Shown: piece after piece, positions 20,569 through 30,600 of the stretch | How positions within the stretch are numbered: the first letter of the stretch is position 1 | How the letters are laid out: each line of letters starts with the position of its first letter | Assembly: GCF_003019035.1 (NCBI RefSeq) | Contig: NZ_CP027447.1 | Source of the DNA: Escherichia coli | GTDB taxonomy: Bacteria; Pseudomonadota; Gammaproteobacteria; Enterobacterales; Enterobacteriaceae | DNA: 64,000 nt | Direction: 5' to 3' (one strand) | Program-made: the position numbers and the translations under genes | The notes under the pieces: generated by a model | The model's input: the letters and a program-made list of their open reading frames with translations, nothing else | Told to the model about the DNA's origin: nothing | The model's database searches: none

Positions 20569-21576
20569 ATGGCAATTTATACCCGAACAGGTGATTCAGG
20601 AAGTACGTCTTTATTTACCGGACAGCGCGTCAGCAAAACTCATCTACGTGTCGAAACCTATGGCACGCTGGATGAACTGAACGCGACACTCAGTCTGTGT
20701 TATTGCGCCACCGCCATCGAAAGCCATCGCATCTTACTGGAAGCCATTCAACAACAGATATTTTGGTTTAGCGCCGAACTCGCCAGTGAAAGCGAACAGC
20801 CGTCAGCGCAGCAGCGTTACATCGGTACGGAAGAAATTGCCGCGCTGGAAAACGCGATCGATAGCGCAATGAACGCCGTCCCCCCGGTTCACAGCTTCAT
20901 TCTGCCTGGTCGATGTGAAGCTGCAAGCCGCATGCATTTCGCCCGCACGGTGGCTCGACGGGCTGAAAGACGTCTGGTTGAACTGACAACAGAAACCACC
21001 GTCCGGAATGTTTTGCTGCACTATATCAACCGACTTTCCGATTGCCTGTATGCCCTCGCCCGCGTGGAAGACAACGTTGCTCATCAAAACCTGATGATTC
21101 AGGAAATCACAAAACGTTATCACGAAGCCAACCACACACCAGCATTGAAGGAACGCACAATGCCGCTCACTTTTCAGGATCTTCACCAGCTCATTCGTAG
21201 TGCGGCAATGCGCGCAGATGAACTGCATATTCCCGTTGTCATCAGCATTGTTGATGCCAACGGAACAGAAAGTGTTACCTGGCGGATGCCTGATGCCCTG
21301 TTGGTCAGCAGTGAACTGGCACCGAAAAAAGCCTGGACCGCCGTGGCGATGAAAACGGCAACCCACAAACTTGCTGATACCGTGCAACCCGGCGCGCCGC
21401 TTTACGGGCTCGAAAGCCATATGCAAGGCAAAGTCGTCACTTTTGGTGGCGGCTTCCCCCTCTGGCGTGACGGAAAATTGCTTGGCGGGCTTGGCATCAG
21501 CGGCGGTAGCGTTGAACAAGACATGGATATTGCCCAAAGCGCAATGGCGGCAATTAACGTGGGAGTAAACCAATGA
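20569..21576 (+). CDS. pduO: ATP:cob(I)alamin adenosyltransferase PduO (with C-terminal DUF336-like domain)
   Basis: 335-aa ORF (MAIYTRTGDSGSTSLFTGQRVSKTHLRVETYGTLDELNA…), canonical PduO-type N-terminus. Confidence 0.92.
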   Translation: MAIYTRTGDSGSTSLFTGQRVSKTHLRVETYGTLDELNATLSLCYCATAIESHRILLEAIQQQIFWFSAELASESEQPSAQQRYIGTEEIAALENAIDSAMNAVPPVHSFILPGRCEAASRMHFARTVARRAERRLVELTTETTVRNVLLHYINRLSDCLYALARVEDNVAHQNLMIQEITKRYHEANHTPALKERTMPLTFQDLHQLIRSAAMRADELHIPVVISIVDANGTESVTWRMPDALLVSSELAPKKAWTAVAMKTATHKLADTVQPGAPLYGLESHMQGKVVTFGGGFPLWRDGKLLGGLGISGGSVEQDMDIAQSAMAAINVGVNQ

Positions 21577-22958
21577 ATAACTCTGAATTAGAAACACTGA
21601 TCCGCAATATTCTGCGTGAGCAGCTTGCCCCCGCTACGCAACGAGCGCAAAGAAACGCTATTTTCCAGACTGTTGATGAAGCGGTCTGCGCAGCACACCA
21701 GGCCTTTTTACGCTTTCAACAGTGCCCGCTTAAAACCCGTAGCGCCATTATCAGCGCCATTCGCGAAGAATTAATGCCCCGCCTTACCGAACTGGCAGAA
21801 GAAAGCGCCAGTGAAACAGGGATGGGAAATAAAGAGGATAAGTATCTAAAGAACAAAGCAGCACTCAATAATACGCCAGGAATTGAAGATTTAACCACCA
21901 CTGCACTAACCGGTGATGGTGGCATGGTTTTGTTTGAATACTCTCCGTTTGGGGTCATTGGCTCGGTCACGCCAAGCACCAACCCCACGGAAACCATCAT
22001 TAACAACAGCATCAGCATGCTGGCAGCAGGTAATAGCGTCTACTTCAGTCCACACCCGGGAGCCAAAAACGTTTCGTTAAAACTGATTACCATAATCGAA
22101 GACATCGCGTTTCGCTGTAGTGGCATTCATAACCTGATCGTTACCGTATCTGAACCGACCTTTGCTGCTACCGAACAGATGATGGCGCACCCTAAAATCA
22201 GCGTTCTGGCGATTACCGGTGGCCCGGGGATCGTCGCCATGGGAATGAAAAGTGGCAAGAAAGTGATTGGTGCCGGTGCGGGTAACCCACCCTGCATTGT
22301 CGATGAAACGGCGGATATTGTGAAAGCCGCCGAGGACATCATCAACGGCGCTTCATTTGATTACAACCTACCGTGTATCGCTGAAAAAAGCCTGATTGTC
22401 GTGGCGTCAGTGGCAGAGTATTTAATTCAACAGATGCAAAGCTTTGGCGCACTTCTTCTTAACCATGAACAAACGGAGAAATTGCGTGCAATTTGCCTGC
22501 CAGACGGTAGCGCCAACAAAAAACTGGTTGGGAAAAGCCCATCAGCCTTGCTGGAAGCGGCAGGCCTCCCTTTGCCCGCAAAAGCGCCGCGCCTACTGAT
22601 TGCTGTTGTCGACGCCAATGATAGTTGGGTTACTTGTGAACAACTGATGCCAATGCTGCCCATTGTGAAGGTCAACGATTTTGATAGCGCTCTCACCCTG
22701 GCGCTGAAAGTGGAAGACGGCTTGCACCACACGGCAATTATGCACTCGCAGAACGTCTCACGGCTCAACCTTGCCGCACGCGTTATGCAAACCTCAATCT
22801 TTGTCAAAAACGGCCCCTCCTGGGCGGGCATTGGCGTCGGCGGCGAAGGCTTTACCACCTTTACCATTGCAACACCGACCGGAGAAGGGACAACGTCAGC
22901 ACGGACTTTTGCCCGCTCACGACGCTGCGTGTTAACCAGCGGCTTTTCAATTCGCTAG
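21573..22958 (+). CDS. pduP: CoA-acylating propionaldehyde dehydrogenase
   Basis: 461-aa aldehyde-dehydrogenase-family ORF with an N-terminal encapsulation-like helix. Confidence 0.92.
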   Translation: MNNSELETLIRNILREQLAPATQRAQRNAIFQTVDEAVCAAHQAFLRFQQCPLKTRSAIISAIREELMPRLTELAEESASETGMGNKEDKYLKNKAALNNTPGIEDLTTTALTGDGGMVLFEYSPFGVIGSVTPSTNPTETIINNSISMLAAGNSVYFSPHPGAKNVSLKLITIIEDIAFRCSGIHNLIVTVSEPTFAATEQMMAHPKISVLAITGGPGIVAMGMKSGKKVIGAGAGNPPCIVDETADIVKAAEDIINGASFDYNLPCIAEKSLIVVASVAEYLIQQMQSFGALLLNHEQTEKLRAICLPDGSANKKLVGKSPSALLEAAGLPLPAKAPRLLIAVVDANDSWVTCEQLMPMLPIVKVNDFDSALTLALKVEDGLHHTAIMHSQNVSRLNLAARVMQTSIFVKNGPSWAGIGVGGEGFTTFTIATPTGEGTTSARTFARSRRCVLTSGFSIR

Positions 22959-22968
22959 AGAAACGGAA

Positions 22969-24081
22969 ATGAATACTTTTTCACTGCAGACGCGTTTATA
23001 CAGCGGACCAGGAAGTCTCAAGGTACTTAGCCGTTTCTCTCATAGACACATCTGGATTATTTGCGATGCCTTTCTGGCACACTCACCACTCATTGACACG
23101 TTGCATCAGGCGCTGCCCGACAGTAATCGTCTCAGTATTTTTAGCGAAATAACGCCCGACCCAACTATCCAGACCGTGGTGAAAGGCATTGCGCAAATGC
23201 AGACTTTACGCCCGGATGTGGTTATCGGTTTTGGCGGCGGTTCTGCCCTGGACGCCGCAAAAGCGATTGTCTGGTTTGGTCGCCAGTGTGGCATTGAAAT
23301 TGAAACCTGCGTAGCCATTCCTACCACCAGCGGTACCGGTTCCGAAGTGACCAGTGCTTGTGTCATCAGCGATTCTGAGAAAGGGATTAAATTTCCCCTT
23401 TTCGATAATGCACTTTATCCGGATATCGCGATCCTTGATCCATCTTTGGTCGTCAGCGTGCCACCGGCGATAACGGCCAATACCGGGATGGATGTTTTAA
23501 CCCATGCACTTGAAGCTTATGTTTCTCCCCGCGCCAGCGACTTCACGGATGCACTGGTCGAAAAAGCCGTGCAAATTGTTTTTCAATACCTGCCCACTGC
23601 AGTGAAGAAAGGCGATTGTCTTGCCACCCGTGGCAAAATGCATAATGCATCGACGCTTGCAGGAATAGCCTTTAGCCAGGCCGGACTCGGTTTAAACCAT
23701 GCAATTGCTCATCAACTCGGCGGACAGTTTCATCTGCCGCACGGCCTGGCGAATGCGCTCCTGCTCACGGCAGTTATCCGCTTTAATGCTGGCGATCCGC
23801 GCACAGCCAAACGCTATGCCCGGCTGGCGAAAACGTGCCATTTATGCCCGGACAACGCCAATGACACCGCCAGCCTGAATGCACTTATTCAACATATTGA
23901 GCAGCTTAAAACAACCTGTACGCTGCCGACTCTTACCAATGCGCTGAAAGAAAAAAAAGCAGAATGGTCAGTTCGCATACCAGATATGGTTCAGGCGGCA
24001 CTGGCGGATGCAACGTTGCGTACCAACCCGCGTGCGGCTGATGCTTCCGCGATTGCAGAACTGCTCGAGGAGTTGTTATGA
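22969..24081 (+). CDS. pduQ: 1-Propanol dehydrogenase (iron-containing ADH family)
   Basis: 370-aa Fe-ADH-like ORF (…GGGSALDAAKA…). Confidence 0.9.
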   Translation: MNTFSLQTRLYSGPGSLKVLSRFSHRHIWIICDAFLAHSPLIDTLHQALPDSNRLSIFSEITPDPTIQTVVKGIAQMQTLRPDVVIGFGGGSALDAAKAIVWFGRQCGIEIETCVAIPTTSGTGSEVTSACVISDSEKGIKFPLFDNALYPDIAILDPSLVVSVPPAITANTGMDVLTHALEAYVSPRASDFTDALVEKAVQIVFQYLPTAVKKGDCLATRGKMHNASTLAGIAFSQAGLGLNHAIAHQLGGQFHLPHGLANALLLTAVIRFNAGDPRTAKRYARLAKTCHLCPDNANDTASLNALIQHIEQLKTTCTLPTLTNALKEKKAEWSVRIPDMVQAALADATLRTNPRAADASAIAELLEELL

Positions 24082-25421
24082 ATGTCGGATTAACCTCCTG
24101 CGACGACCAGACCATCCGCGAGCGAGTACAAGCAGCAGGTGTCGTGGGTGCTGGCGGCGCAGGTTTTCCAACCCATATTAAGCTACAAGCGCGTGTTGAC
24201 ACGTTCCTGGTGAATGCGGCGGAATGCGAACCCATGTTGAAAGTGGATCAACAGTTAATGGCGCAGCAAGCCAGCCGCCTGCTTCGCGGTGTTCACTATG
24301 CGATGAAAGCCACCGGGGCCAGTAGCGGAATCATCGCGCTGAAAGAGAAATATCAACTGGCAATAAACGCACTCACCCCCCTATTACCACCGGATATCCG
24401 CCTGCATATTTTGCCCGACGTTTACCCCGCAGGAGACGAAGTGCTGACCATCTGGATGGCAACTGGTCGCCGCGTTCCACCCGCTGCATTACCCGTTAGC
24501 GTCGGTGTGGTGGTCAATAATGTTCAAACCGTACTTAATATTGCCAGAGCCGTCGAGCAACAGTATCCAGTGACGCGCCGCACACTCACTATTAATGGTG
24601 CAGTGGCGAAACCAATAACGGTAACCGTCCCCATCGGCATGTCTTTACGTGAAGTCCTGGCGCTGGCGGGCGGCGCAACAGTAGATGCTCCTGGTTTTAT
24701 CAATGGCGGGCCGATGATGGGAAGTTTGATCACATCGCTCGACACACCCGTCAGCAAAACCACTGGCGGCTTGCTGGTTTTACCCAACTCTCATTCACTG
24801 ATCCAACGTCGAATGCAGAATGACCGCAGCGTACTTACCGTCGCGAAAACTGTTTGTGAGCAATGCCGCTTGTGTACCGATCTCTGCCCACGTCATTTAG
24901 TCGGTCACGAACTGGCACCCCATTTATTAGTACGTGCGGTTAACTACCAACAGCTCGCTACGCCACAACTGTTACTGACGGCGCTCACCTGTTCGGAGTG
25001 CAACGTCTGCGCCAGCGTCGCCTGTCCGGTAGGAATTTCACCAATGCGCATAAACCGCCTGCTTAAGCAGGAATTACGCGCACAAAATCTCCGCTACGAA
25101 GGTGCTTTAAATCCTGCAGATCCCTTGGCAAATTATCGACTGATTCCCGTAAAACGGCTGGTAACCAGACTGGGCTTAACCCCGTGGTATCAGGATGCGC
25201 CATTGTCTGAACAGGTGCCTCAGCCCGAAAAAGTGACGTTATTGTTACGCCAGCACATCGGTGCCAGCGCAATTGCGTGTGTACAAAAAGGCGATCGCGT
25301 CGTTCATGGGCAATGTGTAGGTCAAATTCCACACGGCACATTAGGTGCCCCCATTCATGCCAGTATTGATGGCATGGTCAGCGATGTGACAGAAAACGCG
25401 ATTACGCTTGTGAGAGGTTAA
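24078..25421 (+). CDS. pduS: Cobalamin reductase PduS (Fe-S flavoprotein)
   Basis: 447-aa ORF with two Cys clusters ([12 protein letters not shown]… / [13 protein letters not shown]…). Confidence 0.9.
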   Translation: MNVGLTSCDDQTIRERVQAAGVVGAGGAGFPTHIKLQARVDTFLVNAAECEPMLKVDQQLMAQQASRLLRGVHYAMKATGASSGIIALKEKYQLAINALTPLLPPDIRLHILPDVYPAGDEVLTIWMATGRRVPPAALPVSVGVVVNNVQTVLNIARAVEQQYPVTRRTLTINGAVAKPITVTVPIGMSLREVLALAGGATVDAPGFINGGPMMGSLITSLDTPVSKTTGGLLVLPNSHSLIQRRMQNDRSVLTVAKTVCEQCRLCTDLCPRHLVGHELAPHLLVRAVNYQQLATPQLLLTALTCSECNVCASVACPVGISPMRINRLLKQELRAQNLRYEGALNPADPLANYRLIPVKRLVTRLGLTPWYQDAPLSEQVPQPEKVTLLLRQHIGASAIACVQKGDRVVHGQCVGQIPHGTLGAPIHASIDGMVSDVTENAITLVRG

Positions 25422-25423
25422 CG

Positions 25424-25978
25424 ATGTCGAAAGCGGTAGGTATTTTAGAACTTAGCAGTATCGCGAAAGGGATGGAAACCGGCGACGCCATGCTGAAAAG
25501 CGCCAACGTTGAGTTACTGGTCAGCAAAACGCTATGCCCCGGAAAATTTCTGCTGATGCTCGGTGGCGATGTGAGCGCGGTGCAACAGGCCATCAACAGC
25601 GGTGCTTCCCTTGCTGGTGAAATGCTGGTCGACAGTCTTGTCCTGCCGAATATTCATCCCAGTCTCCTTTCTGCAATCAGCGGACTGAACCATGTTGAGC
25701 AGCACCGGGCTGTCGGCGTAGTCGAAACCTGGAGTGTCGCTGCCTGCATTGACGCTGCCGATTGTGCTGTCAAAGCTGCGAATGTCATTCTCGTTCGCGT
25801 GCATATGGCTTTTGGCATTGGCGGAAAATGCTACATGGTGGTTGCTGGCGATATTTCAGATGTTAATAACGCGGTCTCTGTCGCCAGCGAGCGTGCGGGA
25901 GAAAAAGGTTTGTTGGTCTATCGGTCGGTGATTGCCCGTCCACATGAAGCCATGTGGCGTCAGATGGTGGAGGGATAA
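25424..25978 (+). CDS. pduT: Microcompartment shell protein PduT (tandem BMC)
   Basis: 184-aa tandem-BMC ORF. Confidence 0.9.
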   Translation: MSKAVGILELSSIAKGMETGDAMLKSANVELLVSKTLCPGKFLLMLGGDVSAVQQAINSGASLAGEMLVDSLVLPNIHPSLLSAISGLNHVEQHRAVGVVETWSVAACIDAADCAVKAANVILVRVHMAFGIGGKCYMVVAGDISDVNNAVSVASERAGEKGLLVYRSVIARPHEAMWRQMVEG

Positions 25979-26328
25979 TGACAACTCAGCACACAACTGA
26001 ACGGATGATTCAGGAATATGTCCCTGGTAAGCAGGTCACGCTGGCACATGTCATCGCCAATCCTGGGAAGGATCTGTTTAAGAAATTGGGTTTACCAGAC
26101 ACCGTTTCTGCTATTGGCATTCTGACGATTACCCCCAGCGAAGCATCTATCATCGCATGCGATATCGCCACAAAATCAGGCGCTGTAGAGATCGGTTTTC
26201 TTGATCGTTTTACCGGTGCCGTAGTGCTGACTGGTGATGTTTCAGCCATTGAATATGCACTTAGCCAGGTTACCCGTACGCTGGGTGAAATGATGCGCTT
26301 TACCGCCTGCCCCATTACGCGGACCTGA
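25954..26328 (+). CDS. pduU: Microcompartment shell protein PduU (permuted BMC)
   Basis: 124-aa ORF overlapping the pduT 3' end. Confidence 0.88.
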   Translation: MASDGGGIMTTQHTTERMIQEYVPGKQVTLAHVIANPGKDLFKKLGLPDTVSAIGILTITPSEASIIACDIATKSGAVEIGFLDRFTGAVVLTGDVSAIEYALSQVTRTLGEMMRFTACPITRT

Positions 26329-26332
26329 CGTT

Positions 26333-26776
26333 ATGCAACGTATGATGCTTATCGGCCCCAGCCAGTGCGGAAAAACGTCACTCACGCAATGTCTGCGTGG
26401 CGAAAATATTCATTATCAGAAAACGCAGGCAATCGTCTGGTCCCCGACCACCATTGATACACCAGGCGAATACCTCGAAAACCGCAGCCTCTACAGTGCA
26501 TTGTTGGTCAGTGCCTGCGAAGCAGACATTATCGCGCTGGTACTTAATGCGGGCGCACCGTGGTCCCCTTTTTCGCCAGGCTTTACCTCGTCAATGAATC
26601 GTCCGGTCATTGGAGTAGTAACCAAAGCAGATTTAGCCAGCATGGAACAAATATCTTTGGTGAAATGTTGGTTACGGGAAGCTGGAGCGCACAACGTGTT
26701 AGTAACCAGTGCGGTTAATAACAATGGAGTTACAGAACTTTTTGCCTTGCTGCATACAGAAGATGTCTGTCGCTAA
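26333..26776 (+). CDS. pduV: Small GTPase-like protein PduV
   Basis: 147-aa ORF with P-loop ([21 protein letters not shown]…); last pdu gene present. Confidence 0.88.
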   Translation: MQRMMLIGPSQCGKTSLTQCLRGENIHYQKTQAIVWSPTTIDTPGEYLENRSLYSALLVSACEADIIALVLNAGAPWSPFSPGFTSSMNRPVIGVVTKADLASMEQISLVKCWLREAGAHNVLVTSAVNNNGVTELFALLHTEDVCR

Positions 26777-26834
26777 TTTCGATAGGTTATCAGATGGGAA
26801 TGATGACTTTGATACACAGAAAAGAATCAATGAG

Positions 26835-26863
26835 CAATGAGGGTTGCCGGGCAACCCTCATTG
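26835..26863. terminator. Strong hairpin between convergent pduV and yeeX (likely bidirectional terminator)
   Basis: Near-perfect palindrome caatgagggttgcc-g-ggcaaccctcattg; T-rich tract follows on the minus strand (yeeX side). Confidence 0.55.
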
Positions 26864-26876
26864 AATAAAACAGGAA

Positions 26877-27206
26877 TTACTTCGCTTCGCCGTTTTTCAT
26901 TTCGCCCATAGCTTTCAGCTTTTTGGAGATATCGCGGCGTTCTTTGGAGAGCTCGGCATTTTTGATGATGTAATCGTCAACGCGATCTTCATAGTCACCT
27001 TTCATGCTGGCGATGATGCCCTGGATTGCTTCAACGCTCATCCCTGGCTTGATGTAATCGCTCAGGTTGTCCAGCAACAGGACGCGCTTCTGGTTGTCAC
27101 GGATCTTTTTCTCAACGTCCTGAATTTCACGTTGCAGTTTGTTCTTACGACGGAACAGACGAACAAATTCCAGTACGTCCTGGAATGAAGGCTTGGTAGT
27201 TTCCAT
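26877..27206 (-). CDS. yeeX: DUF496-family protein YeeX
   Basis: Start set at [39 protein letters not shown]… (109 aa); matches my memory of E. coli YeeX. Confidence 0.88.
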   Translation of the reverse strand: METTKPSFQDVLEFVRLFRRKNKLQREIQDVEKKIRDNQKRVLLLDNLSDYIKPGMSVEAIQGIIASMKGDYEDRVDDYIIKNAELSKERRDISKKLKAMGEMKNGEAK

Positions 27207-27377
27207 TTTTATACCCCTGATAATGTGAGAGTCGGATTCGTTTAAGCAACCGCTATTCGTTAGGGCCAACATTACTCATAGCTGCCGCAGATGACAATGC
27301 TTTTATCCCTTTTCACTATCATACCCTTTATCCTTGCTGAATCGAAGCAGCAGCAAGATGATTCTGAAGTTCAGGAA

Positions 27378-28436
27378 TTATTTGCGCAAGGCCCGGCAAA
27401 TCAGACTCGATAGCAACTCAAGCTGATGTGCCGTTTCCATGTTCAGCCACACATAACCATAGATTGGTGTTTCCACAACCTTCAGGTCATGGTGGTTATT
27501 CAGCAACTGACGCAGCTCTTCCACAGCATCGTTCAATTTTTCCGTATTGGCAAAAACCGGCTGCGGATTACCTTCGTACAGCGCATGAACAAGGCTCAGC
27601 AGTATTTGCTGCATCATGTGCTGGGTATCACGAAGTTTTTGCGCGTTCAATAACACGAAATGGCTGGGGCGCGTGGCCCAGTATGCATTGATTTGCAACT
27701 CCAGCATACAAACCAGATTGCGATTAATGGTCTGGATACCTTCATATATCGATTTTGGAATACGGGTTTCTTTGCTGGCGGGCGCAATCAGCCCACGCAT
27801 TTTCACGGCATCGGTCAGCAGTTTTTGTAGATGGCTTTCCAGACGTGGGCGTTCGAGTAAGTTCGGTGAGAATGCCGATTGATAGACCCGATTATACTCG
27901 GTCAGACTTTTCGCCAGTTGAATGCGCCAGTGGATGAACGCGCGTTGTGGCCAGATACCGGTAAACAACATTGCCAGTAAAGAGCCGAGGATCACATCGC
28001 CGCTTCGCCATAACGCCGTATCAATTTCACCTGTCGGGGAACCCACAACAATTGCCAGCGTCACCCCAATCAATAATCCTTGATACGGTTTCTTGCCCAG
28101 CGCCAGCCAACCGCAAAGAAACATCGCCGCCGCGCACCAGACTAACATCAGCGGTAACGAGATTAATTCCAGTTGCAGAGCGATAAGACCTAAAATCGAA
28201 CCCAACACCGTACCGCCAATACGTTCGAAGGCACGAGGGACAACGTTACCCCAGAACGAGATTGGCCCCATAATCACCACCATGGTGACCAGCGGCCAGG
28301 TACTTTCCGGGATAGTAAACAGGCGGATAATGAGAAAAGTGAGCAGGAATGCCAGCGCGACCCGAGTACCATGCACAATGCGGTAATGGCGGTATACCCG
28401 GATTTCAAACGGGCTTAATGACTTATCGGCACGCAC
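27378..28436 (-). CDS. yeeA: Inner-membrane protein YeeA (FUSC / aromatic-acid exporter-like)
   Basis: 352-aa multi-TM ORF at the conserved position. Confidence 0.85.
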   Translation of the reverse strand: MRADKSLSPFEIRVYRHYRIVHGTRVALAFLLTFLIIRLFTIPESTWPLVTMVVIMGPISFWGNVVPRAFERIGGTVLGSILGLIALQLELISLPLMLVWCAAAMFLCGWLALGKKPYQGLLIGVTLAIVVGSPTGEIDTALWRSGDVILGSLLAMLFTGIWPQRAFIHWRIQLAKSLTEYNRVYQSAFSPNLLERPRLESHLQKLLTDAVKMRGLIAPASKETRIPKSIYEGIQTINRNLVCMLELQINAYWATRPSHFVLLNAQKLRDTQHMMQQILLSLVHALYEGNPQPVFANTEKLNDAVEELRQLLNNHHDLKVVETPIYGYVWLNMETAHQLELLSSLICRALRK

Positions 28437-28633
28437 GCAGAAACTCCGTAATGAAGATTAAAAGCGCTCATAACTCATCTGTCGGCCAGAAGGCGCGCCT
28501 CTGAATTATCCGACGGACATACCGGGAACAGTGTAATTTCCCGGCAGGAGCGAAAAATTTGAAAGGCGCATCTTACTCTTTTCGCTTCCAAAAAAAGAGT
28601 GGTCATCGCGTTAACACACCGCCCTGAGATGAA

Positions 28634-29107
28634 TTAGTGATGTTTTGGCTGCACCGCAACATACATTTCGATATCCCAGTACCCCTCTTCCGCGCCATTG
28701 TTCAAATAAACCTCAAAGCAGGGCTTTGGTAACATTTCATAAGCACTGTCCTGCAAGAGGCTATTAAAGAACTGATACCAGGGTTTAGCAAAATCATCAC
28801 CGACTACACGAGCCACCGCCACCGCATACTGACCACCTGAAATTTCTGTCAGAATGACGCCCTCACTGTTGTCGGGGAGCGTAAAGTTATTCGGCACCGT
28901 CACGACGGTGTCGCAGCGTAATTTTTCGGCGGGTGTTTCATCTGGATTGTCATAATAGACAGCAACCCACTCCTTCGGCACAATATTTTTGCTATCTACC
29001 CACATCATCAACTGCTCAAAGCCTTTCTTTACCGTCTGTTCCCACGGGCCAACGAGATGGAAACCTGCAACGGTACGTTTATCTTCCTGCTTAATCTCGT
29101 AGTTCAT
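28634..29107 (-). CDS. sbmC: DNA gyrase inhibitor SbmC (GyrI)
   Basis: 157-aa ORF ([37 protein letters not shown]…); LexA box immediately upstream. Confidence 0.9.
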   Translation of the reverse strand: MNYEIKQEDKRTVAGFHLVGPWEQTVKKGFEQLMMWVDSKNIVPKEWVAVYYDNPDETPAEKLRCDTVVTVPNNFTLPDNSEGVILTEISGGQYAVAVARVVGDDFAKPWYQFFNSLLQDSAYEMLPKPCFEVYLNNGAEEGYWDIEMYVAVQPKHH

Positions 29108-29121
29108 GACGCCTCCATTAA

Positions 29122-29141
29122 TACTGTTTTTATATACAGTA
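29122..29141 (-). promoter_or_regulatory. LexA (SOS) box in the sbmC promoter
   Basis: TACTGTTTTTATATACAGTA (CTGT-N8-ACAG palindrome) overlapping the sbmC RBS region. Confidence 0.75.
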
Positions 29142-29225
29142 TAGTTGCAATATTAAAACCACAAGGAATGAGTGTTGATTATGCGAGCAGACTCGCACTC
29201 CTGCCAGTCTGCTGCAAAAGAAAGG

Positions 29226-30398
29226 TCAGGCCTTATGGTGGAAATAATCACTCAGGCGGGAAAACATGCTGCCTTCCCCGACAGATTCCAGGGTAACCAG
29301 CGGCCAGTGCGCCACCTGTTTATCACGGTCATAAAGTTCAATTTCCCCTACCCGCTGATGGGCGCTAATTGGCGCGGTGAGTTCTTTACCATCAAGGGTA
29401 TATTTGGCTTTGATATGTGGAATTTCGGCTTTCGGTAGCACCATCCAGAACTCTTGTTCCGTTCCCAGGGCGATATTTTCTTTATCGCCATACCAGATGC
29501 GTTCCGTTCCGACCTTTTTCCCACGGTGCAAAATTTGCACCGTAGTAAAGTTTTGTTGCCCCCAACGCAGTAATTTTCTTGCCTCTTCCTCACGACCTTT
29601 TGCACTGTCAGCCCCCATTACCACTGCAATGAGACGACGCTGCCCATCGACAGCCGAAGCAATGAGATTAAACCCGGCACCAGAAGTATGACCCGTTTTC
29701 AGGCCGTCAACATTCATGGTTTTATCCCACAATAACCCGTTACGGTTTTGCTGGGTGATACCGTTCCAGGTGAGGCTTTTCTCACTGTACATATGATAAA
29801 ACTCGGGCTCGCCGTGGATGATAGCGCGAGAAAGCACAGCTAAATCATAAGCCGAGCTATGCTGGCCAGGTGCATCCAGACCATGCACTGTTTCAAAATG
29901 CGTATCCTTGAGATGCAGCTTCTCGGCATAGTTGTTCATCATTTCAACAAACTGCCGTTGCCCACCGGCAATATAGTCAGCCAGTGCAACACAAGCGTCA
30001 TTTCCGGAATCCACAATTAAACCACGGCTTAAATCACGTACCGATACGCGATCGCCCTCTTTCAAAAACATCAGTGAAGAACCGACAAACACCGGATTAT
30101 CTTTCGCCCACGCATCACGCCCCACGGTGACAATATCGTCTGGCGTAATGCGATGACTATCGATAGCGCGATCCACAACATAGCCCGTCATCAGCTTTGT
30201 CAGGCTGGCGGGATTGCGCTGTTGATGCTCATTACCCGCGGTGAGAATCTGACCGGTGGTGTAATCCATCAATACCCAGGACCCGGCATGAATCTCTGGA
30301 GGCTGAGGTGAAAAAGGAATGTTTTCCGCCGCAAAACCAGACGATAAATTAAAAACGAACAAAGAAGCAGCAATAATAAGACGGCGTTTCAACAGCAA
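29226..30398 (-). CDS. dacD: D-alanyl-D-alanine carboxypeptidase DacD (PBP6b)
   Basis: 390-aa ORF with signal peptide and SxxK motif (…PASLTKLMT…). Confidence 0.9.
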   Translation of the reverse strand: MLLKRRLIIAASLFVFNLSSGFAAENIPFSPQPPEIHAGSWVLMDYTTGQILTAGNEHQQRNPASLTKLMTGYVVDRAIDSHRITPDDIVTVGRDAWAKDNPVFVGSSLMFLKEGDRVSVRDLSRGLIVDSGNDACVALADYIAGGQRQFVEMMNNYAEKLHLKDTHFETVHGLDAPGQHSSAYDLAVLSRAIIHGEPEFYHMYSEKSLTWNGITQQNRNGLLWDKTMNVDGLKTGHTSGAGFNLIASAVDGQRRLIAVVMGADSAKGREEEARKLLRWGQQNFTTVQILHRGKKVGTERIWYGDKENIALGTEQEFWMVLPKAEIPHIKAKYTLDGKELTAPISAHQRVGEIELYDRDKQVAHWPLVTLESVGEGSMFSRLSDYFHHKA

Positions 30399-30600
30399 AC
30401 CCTCAGGTGTTTCAAATAGCTGTTCTTTTTACGGAAATACTTATGAACTGGCTGGAATAAAGTGCAAGAAAATGTGACTACTACCTCATTTTTATCTGAC
30501 ATGATCTGTTGCCACTCGCTGCCAAATTGTCGCGCTAAAGCTGATTAGCACGGTGATATTTGATACTCTGGCAGACAGCAGAAATAACGGATTTAACCTA

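Noticed and set aside
20803-21597. 264-aa ORF antisense to pduO (and similar antisense ORFs inside pduP, pduC, sbcB, hisD, plaP, etc.)
   Set aside because: Completely overlapped by strongly supported genes on the opposite strand; typical shadow ORFs in GC-richer coding sequence.
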